Assembly: GCA_043813585.1 (NCBI GenBank)
Contig: JBDRKW010000020.1
Span: 65,185 to 129,184, forward strand
DNA from: Candidatus Kerfeldbacteria bacterium
Lineage (GTDB): Bacteria; Patescibacteriota; Patescibacteriia; UBA9570; XYC2-FULL-38-9
Length of the DNA stretch: 64,000 nt
Direction of reading: 5' to 3'
Shown here: piece after piece, positions 36,918 to 44,933 of the stretch
Layout: the number at the start of each line of letters is the position of its first letter
Position numbering within the stretch: the first letter of the stretch is position 1
The notes under the pieces: model-generated
Database searches by the model: none
The model's input: the letters and a program-made list of their open reading frames with translations, nothing else
Told to the model about the DNA's origin: nothing
Program-made: the position numbers and the translations under genes

Positions 36918-38411
36918 ATGGGAATGCTGTTTACCGGAAGGTTTCTGACGTTGCTTGATGAGACGGTCGACAAGGTTCTGGTCGACGACGACGGACTGAT
37001 CGTCGCGACCGGCGACTTGGCCGGCTTGCTGGTCAAGAACGCCGAGATCGAGACCGTCGAGCTCCCGGGCTACACCATGCCCGGATTCCGGTCCGAGCAC
37101 GATCACATGCTGTTCACGCTCGTGGCCGGCTCGCTGTCGCTGCGCGGCGTGGACAACGAGGGCGAGGCCGCGACCCTGATCCGGACAGCACTCGGCCGGC
37201 GGCCCGAGGGGTGGGTGGTGATCACCGACTGGAACGACTCGGTACTCAACACCGCCCAGATGTCCGATCTCGTCAATATCCTGGCTGCCGACCGCATGCT
37301 CCTCGTGCTCAACACGAGCTGGCACAGTGCCTTCGGGTCCAGGAACCTGATCAAGCACGTGAGCCCGACGCTCCGCGCCATGAACCTGGCCACCGGCTCG
37401 TGCATCGGCCAGTTACTGACGGAGGACCACGTGCTGCAGACGGTCAGCCTGATGCAGACCAACGCAGATGCGCTGGTCAGCTCGGTGATGGACCGTCAGC
37501 AGTTCCTGTTCAGCAAGGGTGTCACCAGCATGTTCGACAAGCTGGTGCACGGCGAGGCGATTCACGATGCCATGGAGCGCGCCTCTCGCGCCGGATGGCT
37601 GAAGTACCACATCTTCGCGGCCGTGCAGCCGTGGATGATGCGCAACGGTCTCATGCCCGGTCCGCGCGGACGGAGCTTCGAGGTGAAATGGATGAAGTAC
37701 CTGGCCGACGGGTCCTTCGGCTCCCGCACCGCCTTCATGGCCCGCGATTACGGCATGATGTACTCCGACGGCACCGAAGGCGTCTTCCAGCTGCCGCCGC
37801 CCAGCGAGATTTACGACGACCTGACCGAGTGGCTGGACAAGGGCGGCGAGGGCCTCTGCGTCCACGCCATCGGCCCTGGTGCGGTGCACAACGTCATCGG
37901 CCTGTTCGAATGGCTATACAAGCGCATCGGCGATAAGTCGGTGATGATGTCGCTCGAGCACGGTACCACCTGGGTGCCGGGCCTGGTCGAGCGCTTCGCC
38001 AAGTTGCAGCACGCGGGATACAACATCCGGCTCTGCAGCCAGATGTCGTTCACCGAGGACGCCAGCCAGTACGCGGACAGGCTGCCGCAGATCGTTTGCG
38101 ATGCCATCAACCCGTATGCTGACTTCGAACGCTGCGGGGTACTCTACAGTGGCGGGACCGACGGCCCGATCTGCAACGACGACCACCTCGGTGGGACGTC
38201 GCAGGCGGTGAACCGGCCAGGTTCCCAGGCGATCGACGCCCAGACCGCGCTTCGCCGGGTCACGGAGGGTCCGATGGAGGCCGGAATGCCGTTCAACATG
38301 GTGTGCCTCAATCGCGACATCATCGAGAAGCCCATGGAAATGGCGCTGGCACAACCGCTGCAGACCTGGATCAACGGCAAGAAGGTCTGGGAGAAGAGCG
38401 ATAACGAGTAG
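36918..38411 (+). CDS. Second Amidohydrolase_3 (YtcJ-like) metallohydrolase, GC-rich coding
   Basis: PGFRSEHDH, KYLADGSFGSRTA, VHAIG, LEH, GTDG; GGAGGT SD before ATG 36918. Confidence 0.85.
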   Translation: MGMLFTGRFLTLLDETVDKVLVDDDGLIVATGDLAGLLVKNAEIETVELPGYTMPGFRSEHDHMLFTLVAGSLSLRGVDNEGEAATLIRTALGRRPEGWVVITDWNDSVLNTAQMSDLVNILAADRMLLVLNTSWHSAFGSRNLIKHVSPTLRAMNLATGSCIGQLLTEDHVLQTVSLMQTNADALVSSVMDRQQFLFSKGVTSMFDKLVHGEAIHDAMERASRAGWLKYHIFAAVQPWMMRNGLMPGPRGRSFEVKWMKYLADGSFGSRTAFMARDYGMMYSDGTEGVFQLPPPSEIYDDLTEWLDKGGEGLCVHAIGPGAVHNVIGLFEWLYKRIGDKSVMMSLEHGTTWVPGLVERFAKLQHAGYNIRLCSQMSFTEDASQYADRLPQIVCDAINPYADFERCGVLYSGGTDGPICNDDHLGGTSQAVNRPGSQAIDAQTALRRVTEGPMEAGMPFNMVCLNRDIIEKPMEMALAQPLQTWINGKKVWEKSDNE

Positions 38412-38439
38412 CGTACCGCGCCAAGCGGCGGCTGCCTCC

Positions 38440-38491
38440 GGCGTGCTTTGCATGAGGTCAATCCCTCTGCAGAGCACGCTGTCTTTTTTTT
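38440..38491 (+). terminator. Intrinsic terminator
   Basis: GCGTGCTTTGCA...TGCAGAGCACGC stem followed by T8. Confidence 0.7.
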
Positions 38492-38520
38492 GGGTGAAAA
38501 ATATGCGATAATACTCTCCT

Positions 38521-38880
38521 ATGGACACCAAGATCTGGGGCAAGGTACAACAAGGGAACGCACGCGGCAGCAAACTGGGCTATAACACCGCAAATATCGC
38601 CATTCACCGCGCTGTTGAAGACGGTGTGCATATTTCTCGTACCAAGGTTGACAACGTGTGGCATCCGTCAGTAACCTTCATCGGAGCCGCTATTACCTAT
38701 GGAGATACGAAGCGCCATGCGGAAACGCATATTCTCAACTTCAATAGGAATATTATTGGAAAGCGCATCACCATCAATCTTCTAAGGCGCATCCGCGGCA
38801 ACAGGAAATTCAGCAGCGAACAAGATCTCGTCGCCGCAATAAAGGCAGATATCTCAATCGCTCAAACCTATTTCAAATAA
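38521..38880 (+). CDS. Stand-alone riboflavin kinase (RibF C-terminal domain only)
   Basis: G.VQQG..RG.KLGY.TAN, ETHILNF, IRGNRKF. Confidence 0.85.
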   Translation: MDTKIWGKVQQGNARGSKLGYNTANIAIHRAVEDGVHISRTKVDNVWHPSVTFIGAAITYGDTKRHAETHILNFNRNIIGKRITINLLRRIRGNRKFSSEQDLVAAIKADISIAQTYFK

Positions 38881-39467
38881 TGTTCACAGGAATCATCACA
38901 GCGTACGAAACAGTCTCTAACATTGTTGAAAAAAATGGCAACAAAATCTTTACGATACTCAAACCGGAACAATGGAAACTCGCAATAGGGGACAGCGTGA
39001 GCGTAAACGGCGTGTGTTCGACTATAATCGCGAGCAACGATGCGACATTTCAAGTAGAGTATATGCCGGAGACCCTTCGCCTCACAACGCTTAATATAAT
39101 CAGCGTGGATGACAAGATAAACCTTGAGCTAAGCGCTAGAATCGGCGACCCTCTTTCCGGCCATTTTGTGTATGGCCATATCGATGGTACAGGCACAATC
39201 GAGCAAATAGAAAAAGACGGTGATTCGCATATTCTGACGATCAGTTTTAATCCTCAATTCAAAAAATATCTCATACAGAAAGGATCCGTAGCGCTCAATG
39301 GAATAAGTTTGACCGTGATCAATCCATCGGGGGATGCATTCCAGGTTGCAATCATCCCGCACACATGGGAAAATACAAACCTTAAAGCGTTAAACGATGG
39401 CGACAGCGTGAACCTGGAATTTGATGCGATCGCAAAATATATTGAACAAATGACAACCGCAAAATGA
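38880..39467 (+). CDS. ribE: Riboflavin synthase (alpha chain)
   Basis: MFTGII N-terminus, GDSVSVNGVC, GHFVYGHID, KGSVALNGISLT, IIPHT. Confidence 0.95.
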   Translation: MFTGIITAYETVSNIVEKNGNKIFTILKPEQWKLAIGDSVSVNGVCSTIIASNDATFQVEYMPETLRLTTLNIISVDDKINLELSARIGDPLSGHFVYGHIDGTGTIEQIEKDGDSHILTISFNPQFKKYLIQKGSVALNGISLTVINPSGDAFQVAIIPHTWENTNLKALNDGDSVNLEFDAIAKYIEQMTTAK

Positions 39468-39913
39468 GCGACCGATTAAAAAAAGAAAAAATAGACATAG
39501 TGAATCCGAAAGCATTAAGGATAGGCATTGTTCGGTCGCTGTATAACCAGGATATCACCGACCAACAGCTGGCACGAGCAACAGAATGCCTTGAAGAGCA
39601 CGGCGTTGCATACGATGTGATCGATGTTACTGGCACCTTTGAAATAGCTTACATGCTCCAGCGGATGGCAGAATCAAAAAAATACAACGGACTTGTTGCG
39701 CTCGGGTGCCTTATTAAGGGTGAAACGTCGCATTACGACATTATCGCAAACGCTATCGGTGAAGCGGTCATGAACCTGATTCGCGAATACAAACTGCCGA
39801 TCGGTTTTGGCATTATTACCGCGTTTGAAAAGGACCAGGCTATTGCGCGCGACTGGCTCGGGCATGACGCAGCCTATGCCGTTCTGCACTCCCTAAATCA
39901 ACTCCAAAAGTAA
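39464..39913 (+). CDS. ribH: 6,7-dimethyl-8-ribityllumazine synthase
   Basis: G.FEI, LGCLIKGETSHYD, PIGFGIIT, QAIAR. Confidence 0.92.
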   Translation: MSDRLKKEKIDIVNPKALRIGIVRSLYNQDITDQQLARATECLEEHGVAYDVIDVTGTFEIAYMLQRMAESKKYNGLVALGCLIKGETSHYDIIANAIGEAVMNLIREYKLPIGFGIITAFEKDQAIARDWLGHDAAYAVLHSLNQLQK

Positions 39914-39914
39914 T

Positions 39915-40856
39915 ATGTCATACACGAAACAGCTGGAAGAAATCACTAAGGAGAGTGTTTCGGAAGCAGGAGGTAAGGGGGCGAGCCTGGGCGAAATGAT
40001 GCAGGCCGGTTTTCCGGTGCCGCCGGGATTTGTCATAACCTCATCAACCTACGATGAATTCCTGGATAGGCTGAATGTGAAGGAGGACATCAACGCGCAG
40101 TTGAAGACAGTCGATCTCAATGACATGAACTCTGTTGAAAAAGCAACAGCAGTTATCCACGATATTATCCATGATGTACAGATCCCCGATGATATGCAGA
40201 AAGAGTTCCTTGCAGAGTTCGACAAGCTGGATGCTACCTTTGTTGCAGTGCGCAGCTCTGCAACCGCAGAGGATTCGGCAGTTGCGTCATGGGCTGGCGA
40301 GTTGGAAACATACCTCAACACAACCAAGATAACTTATATCAACAATATTAAGAAGTGCTGGGCGTCGCTATTCTCTCCGCGAGCCATATTCTATAGGATG
40401 GAGAATAAATTAGAGGACGCAAAAGTATCGGTTGCGGTTGTTGTGCAGAAAATGGTCAATAGCGACGTGGCTGGTGTTATTTTCACTGTGCACCCAGTTA
40501 CGAAGAATGATAACCAAATGATTATTGAGGCCGGCTTTGGTTTGGGAGAGATGTTGGTTTCAGGGCAGATCACGCCTGACAGTTATATTGTTGCTAAGGA
40601 TTCACTTACATTGATAGACAGCAATATCTCGACGCAAACATCGAAGATGGTCCGTAATGAATCAGGCATCAACGAAATCGTAAAGTTCTCAGAAGAAGAG
40701 GGTAGTAAGCAGAAGCTGACAACAGATCAAATACAGCAACTCGCTGAGACAGCAAAAAAAATTGAAGCCCATTACGGCTTCCCTTCGGATATTGAGTGGG
40801 CGATAGAGGGGAGTGATATCTTTATCACTCAATCGCGTCCAATCACAACGTTGTAG
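39915..40856 (+). CDS. Stand-alone PEP synthase/PPDK N-terminal ATP-grasp domain protein
   Basis: GGKGASLGEM..AGFPVPPGF, AVRSSATAED..ASWAG, VQKMV, GLGE.LVSG..TPD, DIEWA; ends at QSRPITTL. Confidence 0.92.
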   Translation: MSYTKQLEEITKESVSEAGGKGASLGEMMQAGFPVPPGFVITSSTYDEFLDRLNVKEDINAQLKTVDLNDMNSVEKATAVIHDIIHDVQIPDDMQKEFLAEFDKLDATFVAVRSSATAEDSAVASWAGELETYLNTTKITYINNIKKCWASLFSPRAIFYRMENKLEDAKVSVAVVVQKMVNSDVAGVIFTVHPVTKNDNQMIIEAGFGLGEMLVSGQITPDSYIVAKDSLTLIDSNISTQTSKMVRNESGINEIVKFSEEEGSKQKLTTDQIQQLAETAKKIEAHYGFPSDIEWAIEGSDIFITQSRPITTL

Positions 40857-40858
40857 CG

Positions 40859-42487
40859 CTATACCTCGTGCGCACCTACGCCCTTCATGGATGCGGAGGG
40901 TTCTTCTGTTTCACCGCGCGCTGCACGCGCATCAGCGGCCTGTGTTTGTACGATTAACTGGTCCGTAGCAAGCGGCAGTCGAATAGTAAATGTTGTTCCC
41001 TTGCCTTCGATACTGTCGAAGGTTAGGCTACCGTCATGGCCAAGCACGATTTCATGTGCAACAAACAGGCCAAGGCCGGAACCGTCTGCCTGGATCGTCT
41101 GGATATTCGTACCGCGGTAAAATTTCGTAAAAATACGGTCCTGTTCTTTTTCCGGGATTCCATAGCCTGTATCAGTGACAAAAATATCCACATAATCACC
41201 GGCCTGCTGAAACGTAATGGACACTTGCCCATCCTTTGGCGTATATCGAATCGCGTTGTCGACAATGTTGCGAATTACAATATTAATCTTTTCAACATCA
41301 ATTTGCGCCATCGGTATTGGCGAGGCCGGATCGTGTACCGTGACGGTAACCCCGGCTTCCTGGGCATTCGGTTCAAGTGAGCTTTCGATTTCCTTGGTAA
41401 TCTGGACAATATCGCGTGCTTCAAACTTGAACTTTCCCGCTTCTGTTTCGATTTTCGTGACATCCAGTAAGCTGTTGATAAGAATGATCATTCGGTCGAT
41501 GTTTTCCAGCCCTTTGCCCAATTGCTGGGATGCTTCTTCGGGCATTTTACCTAGATCACCTTCAACAGCCATGCTCACGACCCATTTGATCCCGGACATC
41601 GGCGTACGGAGTTGATGCGCTGCGATGGAAAGAAATTCTGTTTTTTGCTGGTCGAGTTTTTTGGTCTTTTCGAGCTCGACAATCAACGCTTCCTGAGTAG
41701 CTTTAATGCGCGTCGTCATCGTATTAAACGTTTCCGCAAATAGGCCAAGCTCATCTTTTGTATCTATCTCAACTGCCCTGAACTTGCCTTGCCCAATATC
41801 GATTGCAGCTGCTGACAACTGGGCGATAGGCCGTGCGATGGACCGCTGCACAAAAATAAAGATGAACAACATGACGACAATGGCAACAACGCCCACAATA
41901 GCAACATTCAGTATTGTCTGACTGACAAGCGCATCGGTGTTATCCCGCTCCGTCTGCGCTTCTTGCTCTACCTTGGTTTCAGATTCTTCTTCCAAGAAAG
42001 CGGTCAGGGAGTCGCGTGCCTTTGCAACGATCGTAATTTTTTCCTGAACTTGTTCTTCGCTGGCATTCGATTCAAATGTGGCGATCATTTGTGTCAGTGC
42101 TTCTGCAACAAGGTTTATCTGATCCTGAAAATCCGAAGAAAATTGAAAATCTTCCTGTGTCTGGGAAAGGTAAAATACTTCTAATTGATGCATTAACGCT
42201 TCATTCAAACTATCTTCATAGCGCTGTTTATTTACCGGGTTGCCCGTTTGCACGTAATCCACAGCTGAAAAAATAGAAGCATTCAGCGCATCTTTCGTAT
42301 GCGAAGCATGGATAAGCCGCGGAATTAATACTTGAGATATGCGCGCCGTGTCTGTGCGGATATCAGAAATCGAGGTGACATTAAGTGCGCCCAAATCAAT
42401 AATGAGCAGCAGCATGACAAAAAAGACCAGAAAAAACTTAATCCGTAACTTGAGGCTGCGGAGCGCCTTAATGAATGATGATGCCAT
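40859..42487 (-). CDS. Membrane HAMP-domain sensor histidine kinase
   Basis: Two TM flanking a helical sensor, HAMP (DELGLFAETFNTM), AAHQLRTP, NIVDNAIRY, GSGLGL. Confidence 0.92.
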   Translation of the reverse strand: MASSFIKALRSLKLRIKFFLVFFVMLLLIIDLGALNVTSISDIRTDTARISQVLIPRLIHASHTKDALNASIFSAVDYVQTGNPVNKQRYEDSLNEALMHQLEVFYLSQTQEDFQFSSDFQDQINLVAEALTQMIATFESNASEEQVQEKITIVAKARDSLTAFLEEESETKVEQEAQTERDNTDALVSQTILNVAIVGVVAIVVMLFIFIFVQRSIARPIAQLSAAAIDIGQGKFRAVEIDTKDELGLFAETFNTMTTRIKATQEALIVELEKTKKLDQQKTEFLSIAAHQLRTPMSGIKWVVSMAVEGDLGKMPEEASQQLGKGLENIDRMIILINSLLDVTKIETEAGKFKFEARDIVQITKEIESSLEPNAQEAGVTVTVHDPASPIPMAQIDVEKINIVIRNIVDNAIRYTPKDGQVSITFQQAGDYVDIFVTDTGYGIPEKEQDRIFTKFYRGTNIQTIQADGSGLGLFVAHEIVLGHDGSLTFDSIEGKGTTFTIRLPLATDQLIVQTQAADARAARGETEEPSASMKGVGAHEV

Positions 42488-42546
42488 ATAAAAAGTATAC
42501 CATGTTTTTTCTTCTCGGAAAAACTATATTATGGTATAGTATTTTT

Positions 42547-43356
42547 ATGGCAAACGACACACCAACAAATTTACCACCATTACCCAATTTACCCGGCATT
42601 GATGATGATGCGGATGCCATTGCAGGCACTCAGGCTGAGCCTGCTTCCACGCCGGCTATGATGCCGACTCCTATGTCCGCAACAGTTCAACAACCGCCGT
42701 CTGCACCTGCAGATCTTCCTCAGATACCGCCACAGACGCCTCCTCCATCTCAACCTGCACCTCTGCCCGCAATACCTCCATCTCAACCGCCGGCCATAGC
42801 TTCCGCTGTTGTCGTTGAGCCGCCCTCTCAAATGCCAGCGACACCTCCCGCAACTCAGCCGCCGACTGTACCTCCAATACAACCGGTTCAACCGGTTCAA
42901 CAGCCATTTACTGCTGCGACTCCGCCTCCGGTACAGGGAGCAGGAGCAATATTCACGCAACCGCAAGCGGCACTCGGAGCGCCTCCGCCGCCAATTGACA
43001 CGCAGGGCGGCATGCAGAGCATTGAGCAGGCCGCGCTGAGCGATGACGAGCAAGAAGATCTTTTTGGAAAGGAAGCATTATCGACACGGCAGAAAGTTAT
43101 TATTGTGGTTATTGTTGTTATTGCGCTCGGGGTGGTACTTGGCGGGGGTTTCTTCCTCTACACGCGGATTAATCCTTCATTTCTGGGCGCAACAACCACC
43201 GCCAACACCGATGCGACGCTTGATACTGACGGCGATGGCCTGACTGATGCCAAGGAAGCGGAACTCGGCACGAATCCCAACATCAATGATACTGACGGCG
43301 ATGGGTACCTCGACGGTGATGAAGTCAAAAACGGATACAATCCGCTAGGACCATAA
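42547..43356 (+). CDS. Pro-rich single-pass membrane protein with C-terminal DTDGDG Ca-binding (bacterial TSP3-like) repeats
   Basis: P/Q/A/T-rich N-terminus, TM, DTDGDGLTD..E...GTNP...DTDGDG.LDG.E...GYNPL. Confidence 0.8.
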   Translation: MANDTPTNLPPLPNLPGIDDDADAIAGTQAEPASTPAMMPTPMSATVQQPPSAPADLPQIPPQTPPPSQPAPLPAIPPSQPPAIASAVVVEPPSQMPATPPATQPPTVPPIQPVQPVQQPFTAATPPPVQGAGAIFTQPQAALGAPPPPIDTQGGMQSIEQAALSDDEQEDLFGKEALSTRQKVIIVVIVVIALGVVLGGGFFLYTRINPSFLGATTTANTDATLDTDGDGLTDAKEAELGTNPNINDTDGDGYLDGDEVKNGYNPLGP

Positions 43357-43359
43357 CAT

Positions 43360-44439
43360 ATGAAGCAAGTAATTATTGGAATGAGCGGAGGAGTCGATTC
43401 CTCGGTGGCTGCGTTTTTGTTGAAGGAACAGGGATGGGACGTCACCGGCGTGTTCATGAAGAATTGGGAAGACGAGCACTCGGATACCTATCGTCATGAG
43501 CATACGAGCGGATGCATATGGGAGAAGGACTTTGAGGATGTTCGGCGCGTTTGCGACCAGCTGGAGATTCCATATCAGACATTCAACTTTACACGCGAGT
43601 ATCGAGAACTCGTTTTTTCATTATTTCTAAAGGAATTAGAGCAGGGGAGAACACCGAATCCAGATATTGCCTGCAATCAGGAAATAAAATTCAATCTCTT
43701 TGCAAAAAAAGCCTTGGCCCTCGAAGGAATAGATGCGATTGCAACCGGACACTATGCACGTATTAATGAAGGTGCGCTTTGCCGTCCAAAGGATGACAAC
43801 AAAGACCAGACCTATTTTCTATACCGGGTACCGCCGGATATTCTCAATTCCGTGATATTCCCATTGGAGGATCTCACAAAAGATGAAGTTCGCACGATTG
43901 CGAAGAAACAGAACTTCCCAAATGCAGACAAGAAAGATTCAACCGGTATCTGTTTTATCGGTGATATTGATTACAATGCGTTTATCAAAGAGTATATCCC
44001 AGAGAACCCAGGTCTCATTGTTTCTACTGGAGGCAAAACACTAGGCGAGCACAAAGGGCTTCATTTTTTCACGATCGGACAACGGCGGGGGATTGATATT
44101 GGCGGTACAGGTCCATACTATGTTGTCGAAAAACGTATCGACACGGATGAACTTGTGGTAACCAATGATAAAGATGACGCGCGCCTGTATCAGCGTTCAT
44201 GCATTGTTGAAGACTTGCACCATCTTACCAACGAACCATTTCCAGAACAGTGTCAGGTTCAAGTGCGCTACAGGCAGAAGGCTGTTGACTCCGTGGTCAC
44301 ACAGATCGATGAGAAAAAAATCGAGATAACTTTTGATCAACCAGTACGAGCGATCACGCCCGGACAGTCTGCAGTACTCTATGATAACGACTGCGTCATT
44401 GGTGGAGGGGTTATATCACAGGTTGACAAAACTGAATAA
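43360..44439 (+). CDS. mnmA: tRNA 2-thiouridine(34) synthase MnmA
   Basis: GMSGGVDSS, TPNPDIACN, ATGHYA, KDQTYFL, DSTGICF, TPGQ. Confidence 0.96.
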   Translation: MKQVIIGMSGGVDSSVAAFLLKEQGWDVTGVFMKNWEDEHSDTYRHEHTSGCIWEKDFEDVRRVCDQLEIPYQTFNFTREYRELVFSLFLKELEQGRTPNPDIACNQEIKFNLFAKKALALEGIDAIATGHYARINEGALCRPKDDNKDQTYFLYRVPPDILNSVIFPLEDLTKDEVRTIAKKQNFPNADKKDSTGICFIGDIDYNAFIKEYIPENPGLIVSTGGKTLGEHKGLHFFTIGQRRGIDIGGTGPYYVVEKRIDTDELVVTNDKDDARLYQRSCIVEDLHHLTNEPFPEQCQVQVRYRQKAVDSVVTQIDEKKIEITFDQPVRAITPGQSAVLYDNDCVIGGGVISQVDKTE

Positions 44440-44475
44440 ACAGTGTATAAAGCGTACAGCCAAATGGAGGAACAC

Positions 44476-44880
44476 ATGAAGGTTCTGGTTATTGAGGATG
44501 ATCCAGACGTCCGCAAGGCGGTTGGGCGTATGATCACAATCATTCTTCGATGTCCTGCTGTTGTGGCAGAGACGACGACGAAAGGACTGGAGATATTCGG
44601 TTCAGACGAAGCGATCGATCTGGTGGTGAGCGACTATGACACAGGTCGCGGCGAGCCTCGGAGCACCATGCTCTACGAGAAGATTCGCGGCGAGCTGGAA
44701 CAGCGCGGAGGTTTTTTCATCGCAATGAGTGCTGATTTCCACTCGCGAGAAGGCCACACCGCTCGGAAGCACTTCGAGTCGCTTGGCGTACCGACGCTCG
44801 ACAAGCCATTCCGGATGCCGCAAATGGAGAGCATCTTCGAAGGATTGTTTCCTCATCTCGCTGACAAAGGGTTTACCTGA
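44476..44880 (+). CDS. Single-domain response regulator receiver
   Basis: KVLVIEDD, DLVVSD (phospho-Asp), MSA, DKPF; GGAGG SD. Confidence 0.8.
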   Translation: MKVLVIEDDPDVRKAVGRMITIILRCPAVVAETTTKGLEIFGSDEAIDLVVSDYDTGRGEPRSTMLYEKIRGELEQRGGFFIAMSADFHSREGHTARKHFESLGVPTLDKPFRMPQMESIFEGLFPHLADKGFT

Positions 44881-44933
44881 GTCAGCTTCTTTTTTTATTT
44901 GCAAAACGCGTTCAAATCCTGTTTAATGGCCAT

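Noticed and set aside
37211-38573. Long alternative-frame and antisense ORFs (241 aa, 219 aa)
   Set aside because: These are expected by-products of high GC3 in the amidohydrolase gene and carry no recognisable motifs.
29532-40856. Calling the swivel-domain genes or the ATP-grasp gene ppsA/ppdK or pseudogene fragments
   Set aside because: No pyruvate-binding barrel is present. Each ORF is intact with clean domain boundaries, and the N-terminal domains are unrelated to PEP synthase.
42589-43053. Arg-rich minus-strand ORF
   Set aside because: It is the antisense shadow of the Pro-rich coding region.
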